In this document: positions 25,870 to 40,800 of the stretch, piece by piece
Position numbering within the stretch: position 1 is the stretch's first letter
Layout: each line of letters opens with the position of its first letter
Source: Mizuhopecten yessoensis
Lineage: Eukaryota
Assembly: GCF_002113885.1 (NCBI RefSeq)
Contig: NW_018406026.1
Span: 11,859-75,858 of the forward strand
Direction of reading: 5' to 3'
DNA: 64,000 nucleotides
The notes under the pieces: model-generated
Database searches by the model: none
Told to the model about the DNA's origin: nothing
Seen by the model: only the letters and a program-made list of their open reading frames with translations
Program-made: the position numbers and the translations under genes

Positions 25870-28800
25870 ATGGTGAAATTCATAAGTGCGTTGGTGTCGG
25901 TTACTTTCACCATTGAAACCCTGACCGCTTCTACAGGTAAGTCATCTTAACATTCTTTTAACGAATAGTTTACTACATCAACTTTTATGACCAAATTGCA
26001 TTGAGACACATGTCTTGAATATTATGTGAGATTTGCATTTTTTTAACTGTTTTATTGCGTTTTAATATTTATGGTGTCTTAATATTTACATAAAACTGTA
26101 TGATGGTATACTGCACAAATATATACACAACTTAATTAAGAAATCACATTTTAAATGTTGTAATGTGAAGTTAGTTTTTTAAAGAAAGGCTTAATATTGT
26201 TGATAAACATCTGTATGACGTCTTAATGATAACAACAAACTGTGTGACATTATAATACTGGATAAACACCTGTATGACGTCTTAATGTTTACAAACAACT
26301 GTGTGACATTATAATACTGGATAAACTCATGTATGACGTCTTCATGTATACAAATAACTGTGCGACATTATATTACTGGATAAACACCTGTATGACGTCT
26401 TAAGGTTTACAAACAACTGTGTGACATTATAATACTGGATAAACATCTGTATGACGTCTTAATGTTTACAAACAACTGTGTGACTTTATAATACTGGATA
26501 AACACCTGTATGACGTCTTAATGTAAACAAACAACTGTTTGACATTATAATACTGGATAAACACCTGTATGACGTCTTAATGTTTACAAACAGCTGTGTG
26601 ACATTATAATACTGGATAAACACCTGTACGACGTCTTAATGTTTACAAACAACTGTGTGACATTATAATACTGGATAAACATCTGTATGACGTCTTAATG
26701 TAAACAAACAACTGCATGACATTATAATACTGGATAAACACCGCTATGACGTCTTAATGTTTACAAATAAGTGTGTGACATTATAAGAGAGAGGAGATTC
26801 AAATTGTTTCATTTACGGCAACAATAAAATATTAACAATAATATTTAAAGCACAGCAATTGCTTAAAGCATGACACGTTGAATTTAATGTGAACTATTCA
26901 GACTGGGTATCAACAGTTTCATTAACTCCGACTCCTTAACTTCCCTCTTTATCACATCAGATGAATGCATTTGGTAAATAGGGAACACTTTGAAGTTATT
27001 GTGAGCACAGTTATGAATAATTTTGTTCACTTGTAAAAATATAAGGTCATCATGGAGTGTTTGTTGCTTGTGAAGATTCATTCTTTGACGTAGTTCACGC
27101 CCAGTTTGGCCAATATAAAATACCAAACATTTAACACAAACTATAGCATATATAACATTCTTCGACTTACAATTCATACTAGATCGTAGTACGGTACAGT
27201 GAATTTAAATCCATTTTTGAAAACAAAAGTAGAACATTCAATAATTATTTTACATGTTCCACATCTGGGCGAATTACATTTAGACACATTAGGTTCAGCT
27301 TGATTAGTTTCAAACTTGGAAAAACTCAATAGCCTTTTGAGATTTTTGGGTTGTCTTTTACTATTGATAATTCTATGTTTAGCTAAAACATTTTTCATAC
27401 GCACGCTAGTTCTCTGCAAGTCATCAATTTTGGTTTTTACAATAGGGTACATAGCAAAATTATGTGGATTGTATGTAGATACAAAAGAAATAATTCCTTG
27501 GTCATCGTTGGCTTCTACACAGGATGTAAAAGGTCCCTTCTATATAGCTCTATTTACACCACTAAGAATAATCTCGTCCGGATAATGCTGCGACTTCAGG
27601 AAAAACATTAGTTAGGTGAGACAAATAAATAAGATGACGTACTGATGTACACAGTACATTTCTAAAACATATCACGTATTTTGAATCGATTAGAACAGTG
27701 GTATCATATTTCAAAATCTTCATTTCCTATATATTTAAGTGACCAGACAGGAGAAATTAAGGTTGCCGGCTTAATACTATCTATGGACGATGTTACCAGC
27801 TACACATTGGTACACGCTGACACTATTATGCTACCTGAAGACAATGTAGAAGGTTACAAGGATATCTAACATTAAGGTAGAATTTAAAGAGAACTTTTTA
27901 ACGAAGAAAACGTCAGATCATGCACTTTAAACAGCCACATAAAGAGAGGCTGAACTCCGATTTTCAATACTGTAATATGTTTATCGATCTTGCGAACTTG
28001 TCGAAAATATCTTGGAATATTGTTTGAAAACACTGATTTGATACATGATATTCCCCGACTCCGTACTAGCGGAATCCGCGTGACGTGCCGTAAGTGCCCA
28101 TTTACCGAAAAGTGTATATGCTGGCAAAATGTCTTGTAGCTGTATTGAATACGGTATTTAAATACTTAATGCGTTTCATGTTAATGCAGTTATCTCAGCA
28201 ATGGAAACGACAGGTCAGATTGTCGCCACAAATGGTTACTTGTTGTATCAAAGTACGATTAGAAAGTTATACATGTATTTCAGTGCCTTGACACCTGAGA
28301 TGTTTTTTGAACCGCCTGTCATATCGACCATTTTTGTATGATTTCATATTTTATTTTTTTGTTTCCGTTGGACAAAGCCCCTTGGCTCATACGTAGCCAC
28401 GAGACATACATATAGCCGTTTATAGTCTGCAGCACCTATTATTATGTAACGCTTAACATAAAGCCGTATTAATCTATGACCAATGCACACGGTTCCGGTG
28501 TCCAGTCGATGCTCGAACAATCGTTAACGTTCAGATATAGCCCATGCCATTGTTTGATCCTTGCTATTGTTAGTGGTATCAACTTGAAAGCTTCAGGAGA
28601 AACATTTATATCAGCTTTCAGCATGTTTTCTAATCCATAGTCTACCAACTGACATTACCAACAATAAGAAATGATGTATCGAATTTGGAAAAACATTATT
28701 TAAACTAACTTTAAATAGCATGTAAAAGTGATACAGAATACATGTATTTTGATTATTTTAAAAGCGTTTGTACGGCTTCCTTTTTGTGGTCGTGTTACCT

Positions 28801-31800
28801 CGGTTCCTCTTTAGTATCGAGATTGAATTCCATTTGTCTTTAGAATTACAATTATGGCTTTTTGATTGTTTTATTTTATTTCACTAACTGACAATGCTTA
28901 ATATTTTGCACGTACCGACAGCGCATACAGGAAAGTTGAGATAAGAGTGAATAAAATGGAACGTCAAAAAATCAGAAAGTTGATCAAAACAATTGTTGGG
29001 CGTTCCATTTGTCAATGCATACGGTTGCTTTGATGTTTTGCCGATGATACATTCATGCATTCATTTTGTTAACTACGTTTCAGTCTTAACACGAGTCGAA
29101 AACCTGTTGCTTGTCTACGAGAATACCAGTACCAACATTATTGAGTACTGGAACATGAATGAAACTGATAATAACCCGGATGATGACAAGCACACCATGC
29201 CTATCTACAAACTCATCAGGGGAGGTAACTTCAGAAGCAGCAAAGTGGACCACTGGGACACCAACCCTCCAAACGAGGTCGTTCAATGCAAATTGATATG
29301 CTTGTTTATATCATTAACGTTTGGTATTTTGAAGGATTCTAAACACAAAATAATCATAACATGATTATAATTATATTGCCATTATGATAATATAACTCAA
29401 TTTTAATCTAAAATGCTTAATCTTTTCATTTGACAACCAACAATGATTTGACATGTTATGTAGCAATGCTTCCTACGTGATGTCTTTCCGTTCTTTTTTG
29501 TTTTGTATTTTGTCTTTGTCCTTACGAGTTAACGATATGTGTTTTGCATGTCTTGTATTTTCTTCGTTTGTAACCTGCTCTGTACAAAACCACTATTATT
29601 AACGTACAAAATATAGTATCACTGATTCAGAGTGAAAAGGAAACCTGCCCAAACAATGTCGTGAACAGAATTTTGGCTGGCTGCTCGTTACTACAGCGTC
29701 AAATGACGCAAAAATATTTGGAACTTTTCTTAAGTATTATTCCTTCCCTTCTTATCCTTTTTGTTTCCTGAACGTGTTAATGTTTTGTGAATGATAACCA
29801 GGTTGCTGTTATGTTTTTCAACAACATCGGAGACCTTCATTTCTGGATGGTGTTTAACACACGTAACGCTTCCAGGGATCTGGCCCAGTGGATGAAGGTA
29901 GATCGGCTTCTCGGGTCCCTCATCATGAATATGTACCAGATGACCCCGTTATGGAGGTGAGTCATGGTCGCTGTATTGAAACCCCGATGTGACAACACCT
30001 TTAACGTTTCTTATAAATACAGTATCCCAAAAATGAATTACACCACGCCGACATAGCTATTTTGTTCTTCAAATGCTCATCAATGGTACTTGGAGCCAAA
30101 CAGGTGGAAATACATATCATTCTAAACTATTGTTGAAACAGTTGGGGAAGGTTGCGTAAAATCCATTAATTATATGTTTCCATTTAGAAATTGAAGTCAA
30201 ACTAATAATTGTTAAGTTCTCAACTCAAAATATATCGATTTGGCTATAACGGTTGGAAAACCTCGGAAACCTTAAGTACCTGTGCCTATTATGTCTCACA
30301 CGAGTGTATTTGATGATGGGTTCTCCGTGCATGACAGTTCAGGTGACTGTAGTCAGCTTTTTCCATCTTATTGCTACACGACCCTTCTGTGGTTCTGAAC
30401 AATGTATGTTCTTGATGATATGAATTACGTGTAATATTTCGTATACATCACCAAAAAATATCTACCCATTCCCTATGTAATCGTTTACATTATATACATG
30501 TGTATAGGGTAGTTTGTAATTTACAACTTGTATACATACTTATCAAGCTAAGTGGTCAACCTAATTAAGTATGTTTGAACTGCGATTTTTTTTTTATATT
30601 TCATCAAAAACAGCGAGGTAACCAGGAGTCCTGTTTACCTTGTCAGGGTCTGATCACTCGTCTGTTGGTAATATTGATTAGTCAGTCTACACGTCCTATT
30701 TCTTGGTAATATTGATTAGTCAGTCTACTCGTCCTATTTCTTGGTTATATTGATTAGTCAGTGTACACGTCCTATTTCTTGGTTATATTAATTAGTCATT
30801 CTACACGTCCTATTTCTTGGTTATATTAATTAATCAGTCTACACGTCCTATTTCTTGGTTATATTAAGTAGTCAGTCTACACGTCCTATTTCTTGGTTAT
30901 ATTTATTAGTCAGTCTACACGTCCTATTTCTTGGTAATATTAATCAGTCAGTCTACACGTCCTATTTCTTGGTAATATTAATCAGTCAGTCTACACGTCC
31001 TATTTCTTGGTAATATTAATCAGTCAGTCTACACGTCCTATTTCTTGGTAATATTGATTAGTCAGTCCACACGTCCTATTTCTTGGTTATATTGATTAGT
31101 CAGTCTTCACGTCCTATTTCTTGGTAATATTAATTAGTCAGTGTACACGTCCTATTTCTTGGTTATATTAATTAGTCATTCTACACGTCCTATTTCTTGG
31201 TAATATTGATTAGTCAGTCTACTCGTCCTATTTCTTGGTTATATTGATTAGTCAGTCTACACGGCCTATTTCTTGGTTATATTGATTAGTCAGCCTACAC
31301 GTCCTATTTCTTGGTTATATTAATTAGTCACTCTACACGTCCTATTTTTTGGTTATATTGATTAGTCAGTCTACACGTCCTCTTTCTTGGTTATATTAAT
31401 CAGTCAGTCTACACGTCCTATTTCTTGGTAATATTGATTAGTCAGTCTACTCGTCCTATTTCTTGGTTATATTGATTAGTCAGTGTACACGTCCTATTTC
31501 TTGGTTATATTAATTAGTCATTCTACACGTCCTATTTCTTGGTTATATTAATTAGTCAGCCTACACGTCCTTTTGAATTAGTCAGTCTACACGTCCTATT
31601 TAATTAGTCAGGCTACACCTCCTATTTCTTGGTAATATTGATTAGTCAGTCTACACGTCCTACTTCTTGGTAATATTAATTAGTCAGTCTACACGTCCTA
31701 TTTCTCGGTTATATTGATTAGTCAGTCTACACGTCCTATTTCTTGGTTATATTTATTAGTCAGTCTACACGTCCTATTTCTTGGTAATATTGATTAGTCA

Positions 31801-34800
31801 GTCCACACGTCCTATTTCTTGGTTATATTGATTAGTCAGTGTACACGTCCTATTTCTTGGTTATATTAATTAGTCATTCTACACGTCCTATTTCTTGGTT
31901 ATATTAATTAATCAGTCTACACGTCCTATTTCTTGGTTATATTAATTGGTCAGTCTACACGTCCTATTTCTTGGTTATATTTATTAGTCAGTCTACACGT
32001 CCTATTTCTTGGTAATATTGATTAGTCAGTCCACACGTCCTATTTCTTGGTTATATTGATTAGTCAGTGTACACGTCCTATTTCTTGGTTATATTAATTA
32101 GTCACTCTACACGTCCTATTTTTTGGTTATATTGATTAGTCAGTCTACACGTCCTATTTCTTGGGTATATTAATTAGTCATTCTACACGTCCTATTTCTT
32201 GGTTATATTAATTAATCAGTCTACACGTCCTATTTCTTGGTTATATTAAGTAGTCAGTCTACACGTCCTATTTCTTGGTTATATTAATTGGTCAGTCTAC
32301 ACGTCCTATTTCTTGGTTATATTGATTAGTCAGTCTTCACGTCCTATTTCTTGGTAATATTAATTAGTCATTCTACACGTCCTATTTCTTGGTTATATTG
32401 ATTAGTCAGTGTACACGTCCTATTTCTTGGTTATATTAATTAGTCACTCTACACGTCCTATTTTTTGGTTATATTGATTAGTCAGTCTACACGTCCTATT
32501 TCTTGGTTATATTAATTGGTCAGTCTACACGTCCTATTTCTTGGTTATATTAAGTAGTCAGTCTACACGTCCTATTTCTTGGTTATATTAAGTAGTCAGT
32601 CTACACGTCCTATTTCTTGGTTATATTAATTAGTCAGTCTACACGTCCTTTTGAATTAGTCAGTCTACACGTCCTATTTAATTAGTCAGTCTACACGTCC
32701 TATTTCTTGGTAATATTGATTAGTCAGTCTACACGTCCTATTTCTTATGATCTCATGAATAGACTAGTAAATATATTTTAGTATGTATCGTAATTTATTG
32801 CATACTGATTTTCTCATGACATGTGGTACTGGTCATCATTCGTTCTATTATTGTTAGATAAAATGGACAATACCTTTTTATCACGATAAATATTGGAGCA
32901 AAATGATTATTTTCAAACAACAATGTTTTTAAAAATAATAGTAGTTTCTAAACTCTCCATTTTCTCCGTATCAGTCCGAAATTGAACGCCAAGACTCTTC
33001 CAACATGATATGAAACATTCGCCAGACGCATCACAGTGGGATTTCGAGCCTTGGTCTAGCAGCTTTAACCGATGCCTCAACTAAATGTGGGGCTTAGGAT
33101 AATAAGCCATTCATGGTTTCGGTGTCTCGAGTCTACTTTCTGTATTTTCTAATTCTACAGAAGGGTGTCAAAATGTATATCTCACAATATATTTGAAGGC
33201 AATAAAAACAAACAGCTTTCGTGTATAAACAAGACTTCATTAAGATAGCTATTTACCTTTATATTGATTGCAGAGAACGATTCATGTGTTTGTTTTTATT
33301 TCAGTCAGCCTGGATACCAGTCCATCTTCTCCTCGGCGTTCGAAGCCAATACGGCGTGGTTTGCTGTGTCTGATAGAAACATGTACACGGGTAGCAAAGA
33401 ACATCCCTTCTTCCTCATCCCGCTCCGAGATTCTGTGCCGTTTGCCGTTCTGCCTGGCAAGTATAACAACCTGTGCGATGAATTTAAATGGTTAAAGAAA
33501 GCAAACTTTTCATTTATTACTTTGCATTGCCTTAGGTTAGGTTTCTTTGTTGTTTCAAAAACATTCCGGTTATTTTGGACAGTTAATAAGTTTATCCATG
33601 TCAATGTCGACAGTTGTACGGTTTGTTTATACTCATGTCCACGTCAGTATGAACCAGTTATAAGTATACATACATGAACATGTATACACAATGTTGACAG
33701 GTGTACGGTTTGTTTATACTCATGCCCACGTCAGTATGAACCAGTTATAAGTATACATACATAAACATGTATACACAATGTCGACAGGTGTACGGTTTGT
33801 TTATACTCATGTCCACGTCAGTATGAACCAGTTATAAGTGTACATACATAAACATGTATATACAAAGTGGAATACTGTTAGATCATTTTAATAATTCTTG
33901 CACACTAAATGAATACTACCTAACTCACCTAATGTTATTACGTATGTTCCAAACTAATGTAAATCTTGGAATGTACCTCCAGGTCGGGGCTTTCAAGGCT
34001 CTGCCTGTTGCCAAATTCCCTTTAATTATGATGGATTTGATGAAACTTTTTCAAATGAAAAGTTTGAATTGTCGGTCGGATTAAACGAATTCCAATTACA
34101 TTCCAATATTATATTAACATTGACCCCTTGTCTTTACAGAGTCCGATGTGGTGACAAACACTGACCCGACTCAGCTTGGTAAATTTGGACCATTTCTCTC
34201 CCAGGACATGGTTCAGGTAATACAACACTCTGTTAGCAGTGAATGTGTGAGAGCAGGGGTGTGGTCATTTCGTCTTCACAAAAACACAACGGGATATCAA
34301 AGTTGTAATTTATACACGAACAATATACGTATTCAACGTGTCGCAACGTCTCAAGACCGACTGGTTCCTTTGCAAAGATATGACTCTAAATAACAACCTA
34401 TTATAGAACATATAGCATCTGGGTTTTATAAATAAAGTTATATTGATATGTGATTAAAATTCGAAAGCTCTAAACTGACGAAGCAAACTTGGTATTTCAT
34501 TCTTGGGATCAACATAACTGGCATATATGTATATATAATTGTGGTTTGTTTTGACGATCAAACAGTGCAATTAATTATTCATTTCTTCCTACCATTAACT
34601 ATTTTGTCATCGTCTCGGTAATATTGTCAACAATCTGGAGGCTAATTCTCAATGACAGGAACATAATATATTGCTTCAGACAAACCTTCACATTATGTGT
34701 GAAATTATATGTCTATGATGAATTTATATTCGTTACATTGTAATGCACTTATACGAAAAAAATCTGTTTCAATGTTTCACGGAAAGATCGACTTAAGTGG

Positions 34801-37800
34801 TATCACATTGGGAAGCATGGTATATGTGTTTGCTGTTGAAGCAAGCATTCTGAGCCCCGCAGCAGGCGAGGAATTCTTCAATTTGATGTACAGTACGGAC
34901 GTTTGTAACACCGAGGATAGAGTCACCTACCGACGACAGGACGGAATGATTCTGGTACGTATATAGCGATATCTACCGGCGACAGGACGGAATGATTCTG
35001 GTACGTATATAGCGACGTCTACCGGCGACAGGACGGAATGATTCTGGTCCGTATATAGCGACAGTACGGAATGATTCTGGTACGTATACAGCGATATCTA
35101 CCGGCGACAGGACGGAGTGATTCTGGTACGTATATAGCGATACCTGCCGGCGACAGGACGGAATGATTCTGGTGCGTATATAGCGACATCTACCGGCGAC
35201 AGAACGGAATGATTCTGGAATATAGCGACATCTATAGGCGACATTTCGGAATGATTCTGGTACGTATATAGCGCCAGGAGGAATGGTTCTGGTACGTATA
35301 TAGCGACATCTCCCGGAGACAGGACGGAATGATTCTGGTACGTATATAGCGACAGGAGGAATGGTTCTGGTACGTATATAGCAACATCTACCGGCGACAG
35401 GAGGAATGATTCTGGTACGTATATAGCGACATTACGGAATGATTCTGGTACGTATATAGCGACAGGAGGAATGATTCTGGTACGTATATAGCGACAGGAG
35501 GAGTGATTCTGGTACGTATATAGCGACATCTATAGGCGACATTACGGAATGATTCTGGTACGTATATAGCGACAGGAGGAATGATTCTGGTACGTTTATA
35601 GCGACATCTACCGGCGACAAGACGGAATGAATCTAGTACGTATATAGAGACATCTACCGGCGACAGGACGGAATGAATCAAGTACGTATAGTGGCGACAG
35701 GAGGAATGATTCTGGTACGTATATAGCGACACCTACTGGCGATAGGTCATAATGATTTTGGTACGTTAAGTGCTACTTTCTGATGACAGTACGGAATGAT
35801 TCTGGTACGTATATACAATGTAGCGACACCTACTGGTGACAGTTCATAAAGATTTTGATAGGCTGGACGGTTAGTGCAACTTTCTGATGACAGAACGGAA
35901 TGATTCTGGTACGTATTTAGCGACACCTACTGACAACAGGTCATAATGATTTTTGTACGTTAAGTGCCACTTTCTGATGATAGAACGGAATGAGTCTGGT
36001 ACGTATATAGCGACACCTACTGGTGTCTGGTCATACTGATTTTGGTACGTGACTGCCACTTTCTGATGACAGAACGGAATGAGTCTGGTACGTTCATAGC
36101 GACACCTACTGGCGACAGGTCATACTGATTTTGGAACGTTTAGTTACTTATTTAGGAAAAGCTCATCGTTTATCAAAAGCATTACTGTTGCATGTTCGTT
36201 ATATTGATATATATATATATATATATACGCTAATTTCACGGAAGTTATTTATGATTTTCTTTGTTGGCAGCAACTACAGACTGGCAAACGTGAGCAGATA
36301 GAGCTGTTACGGGTCCGCTGTGTGTGGCTATCTTTCAGCAGAACGATGACTTCAGTTACCGCGAAGCTCTTCGGCCCAGGTATACTGCTACTGAACCGAT
36401 CATGCTGGTTCTCCAAATAAAGGAAGAATTTATGAAAAAGAACGATCACTGACACCTTGCGAATGCTATGCATTCCATACAAAAATCTGAATAATGTTAA
36501 TTATTATATATTTTTCTGAAATGGGTACAAACTGCAGGATTAACTAGGATTAAAAGCAAGGCCATAACAGACTCTACTATTTAAGCGTCTTTTCTTTATC
36601 TTTTCGTACAGTATAACCAACAGTGACGTCATACTACTGAAACTGTCCACCAAACTGATCGTTAACCTACCCTTTATTGACAGTGACATCCCCAGATTAT
36701 TTATTTCGCTATATAAGAGCTTGCTACTTATACCATGAATTCTGTGATAGTTGTCGACTGCTGACAGACAAATCTACAACACATGATTTCAAAATATGCA
36801 CGTTGATGAAGACTATAGACATATTTCATGGTCGTCATCATGAACCTGGGTCGCGTCTTCGATGCCTGCGTGAGACAAGAGCCAGTTACTGGCCGAAACT
36901 CTAGCCCGACAGGTCTTTGAATTACCTGTCGCTGTTAAAAGGACGTAAAGTACTAATCCCATTGGGAAATGCGGTCTTTTGTGTTATTGTTTTTGAATTT
37001 TGTTTATCGATGTGTTTTGTGCTTTGTTGTTACTTCCTCAGTCTCGCTATCAGACTTTGATCTGACCTAAATTTACATGTGATATGACAGATTTAAATAC
37101 CATTTATCAATGTTTAATTTCAATTAAAACATTCAACGTGTTACTGATAACAAAACAACATTTATTCCTATAACGATGTTAAGGACTGACTTCTGCTTTA
37201 CGGCTATTTTAAAAATTAAATTGTTCCAGAACCAAATAATTTAACAGCATATGTTTTAATTGTTTTTGTTTGTGAAGGACCTGTATTTTCCATTTGTCAT
37301 ACATTACTAGGAAATGATTTTCGAAATCGAAACTATCGTCCTCTTGAAACTTATTAGAGCATAGAAACGATGTACTTCCCAGTATAACTGACATACATTT
37401 TATTTGATTAACTTGAGGAGGGATCTGTTCTTTAGGTTACGTAAACCTATAACCTACTTACGCCCGCCCTGTGTCTTTTAATATTAGTGTTAAATGTTAT
37501 AATCTAATAAAGAACAATATGATGTTTTCCAGTTGCAGCACAGCAAGACTTCATCCAACTGCCAATTATGGTATTCCGTGGATTTTGGTATGGCGGTAAG
37601 TGACGAGTGGCCACCTATACAATCAATTAACCGTCTTAAATGACAAAAACAAATACAATACTACAAACACATATTTTACCAAGACTTAATTAGTTTATTT
37701 TTTATCATCAATAAATACTTTTAGATAACTAGAACGTGAACAATATTCGTGATGAGATTTACCGTTAGACCAATCACAGAGTTGCTGTAAATTTTGAATT

Positions 37801-40800
37801 GTAGCTATGTTGTTGTGTTCATAAGGAGCTGCAATCTTCTGTCAACAATACTACATTGATATGATACCCACTCACAGTCATAAAGCACACAACCTTGTAT
37901 CTATATAAACATCGCATGTCTACAACTTCTAAAGAGATACTTATTGTCCGGAATTAGTTTTTCCGTGAAATGTTTTTAGTTGGTTAAATATGCATAGGAA
38001 ATACAATTTGTGCTGCATTGTTTTGTTAGTACTGGCGCTTAAATATAGCGTGACGTCACAATGACAAATGACGTTTCCAATACGACAAGGTGAACTAATA
38101 AAATGTAGATCCGGGTCCGTCTATTTCCGTGGCACATATTCGCAACATCACAATTAGATACCTACCACACAAATATTTACAGAAGTATTATAATTCTATC
38201 TTACCGTTGAACGTTTTCACATTTAAAGGAGTGAGCGCCCTTGAGGTTATAATATCGCTTAATCGGTGTTTCATTAACAAGACCAATTCATTCCGGAATA
38301 GAATATTCGATCGGAAGGCATTATATTGAACGTTTTTTCTGGACCTCTTTGATGCCAGTATTTTTACGCATAGTTAGCTATATAACACGCAAGAATGAAG
38401 TTTACACTATTAACTTGTTAAAAAAGGTTCTAATGTAGGGTACAGTCGTTAGCGAACATGTTGATATTTCGTTCATATGAGTACAATTACCACACAAAGC
38501 GATATATAATACTTTATTCAGACATAAAAGCGAATGATAAAAGTATTTAACACTATTATCCTTCCATTCAACTAAGATCAATTATTTCAATGAATGATTC
38601 GATTCCTAAGTACACGTATATATTCTCTGAAGGATGATGGTCTGTACAACGTATCTTGGTAACGTATATACATCATGTATACCTGGATTATTGGAATCCT
38701 TTGTAAAGAATATACATATAAACATATTGAAAATAAAAAAAAATCGTGTATGTATATATATAGGGCAACGTTTTCTTTCTTAATGGTATGTATGTAGGGA
38801 ACGATATCTTTAGTGTACAACTGAATGTATTTATCTAGGTAAAGATATCTTTAGTGTATGTTTGTATCTAGGTAAAGATATATTTAATGTATGTATGTAT
38901 CTAGGTAAAGATATCTTTAGTGTAGGTATGTATCTAGGGAAAGGATATCTTTAGTGTAGGTATGTATCTAGGGAAACGATATCTTTAGTGTAGGTATGTA
39001 TCTAGGGAAACGATATCTTGAGTATACGTATGTATCTAGGGAAACGATATCTTTAATGTATGTATGTATCTAGGTAAAGATATCTTTAGTGTAGGTATGT
39101 ATCTAGGTAAACGATATCTTGAGAGTGCGTATGTATCTAGCGAAACAATATCTTGAGTGTACGTATGTATCTAGGGAAACGATATCTTTAGTGTAGGTAC
39201 GTATCTAGGGAAAGGATATCTTTAGTGTAGGTATGTATCTAGGGAAACGATATCTTGAGTGTACGTATGTATCTAGGGAAACGATATATATAGTGTATGT
39301 TTGTATCTAGGTAACGATATCTTTAATGTTTGTATGTATTTAGAGAAAAGATATCTTTCGTGTAGGTATGTATCAAGGGGAACAATATCTTTAGTGTAGG
39401 TATGTATCTAGGGAAACGATATCATTAGTGTTGGTATGTATCTAGGGAAACGATATCTTTAGTGTAGGTATGTATTTAGGGAAAATATATCTTTAGTGTA
39501 TGTCTGTATTTAGGAAAACGATATCTTTAGTGTACGTATGTATCCAGGGAAAATATATCTTTAGGGTAGGTATGTATCTAGGTAAAGATATCTTTAGTGT
39601 ATGTATGTATCTAGGTAAAGATTACTTTAGTGTAGGTATGTATCTAGGGAAACGATATATATAGTGTATGTTTGTATCTAGGTAACGATATCTTTAGTAT
39701 AGGTATGTATCTAGGGAAACGATATCTTTAGTGTACGTATGTATCAAGGGAAAATGTATTTTTAGTGTAGGTATGTATCTAGGAAAACGATATCTTTAGT
39801 GTACGTATGTATCCAGGGAAAATATATTTTTAGTGTAGGTATGTATCTAGGTAAAGATATCTTTAGTGTATGTATGTATCTAGGTAAAGATTATTTTAGT
39901 GTAGGTATGTATCTAAGGAAACGATATCTTTAGTGCATGTATGTATCAAGGGAAAAGGTGTCTTTAGTGTAGGTATGTATCTAGGGAAAAGATATCTCTA
40001 GTGCATGTATGTATCAAGGAAAAAAAATACCTTTAGTGTAGGTATGTATCTAGGGAAACGATATCTTTCGTGTATGTATGTATCTAGGAAAAAGATATCT
40101 TTAGTGTAGGTATGTATCTAGGGAAACGATGTCTTTAGTGTAGGTATGCATCTAAGGAAACGATATCTTTAGTGTATGTATGTATCTAGGAAAAATATAT
40201 CTGTAGTGTAGGTATGTATCTAGGGAAACGATATCTTTAGTGTATGTTTGTATCTAGGGAAACGATATCTTTAGTGAAAATCCATAATTACATTACGGCC
40301 TTATGAACATATTTTAACTTACATTTTGTTATGAAGCTAAACTATTCGACCTTCTTAATTGTTTGGACTAGAACGAGAAAGAAAAGACAGGAAAAGACAT
40401 GAAAAACTTAAAGTACCTGTCTTGATGTCCTTTGTTTAATACGAAAATACTTTAACGATATTAGTCACTGAGATCTGCTAGATCAAAATCGTGTTTTGAT
40501 GATCTTAGAATTTTATCGGCTGATATTACTGTGGCTTAGTTTGTATGTCTAGATTGGCGACCAATGACTTACCTTTCCATTGATCACTGTTACTATGTGC
40601 GCTATCATCCAGCATGTGCTGGACGGAGCCTAAGCAACAATAAAAAATAGTTCTTGCTCAAATCTGTTGGTATTTTTTTCTACTCGTTGAAATTCATTAT
40701 TTGTAGATGCTAGCGAAACAACAGTTAGTCCTTCAACTGAGGAAATTCTGACGACAACAGAGGGAGAAACCACTACAGACCCTTTGTCTACTGTTGGAGT

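Noticed and set aside
35776-36085. CTGATGA motifs as hammerhead ribozyme cores in the satellite
   Set aside because: No stem II followed by GAAA in the proper geometry.
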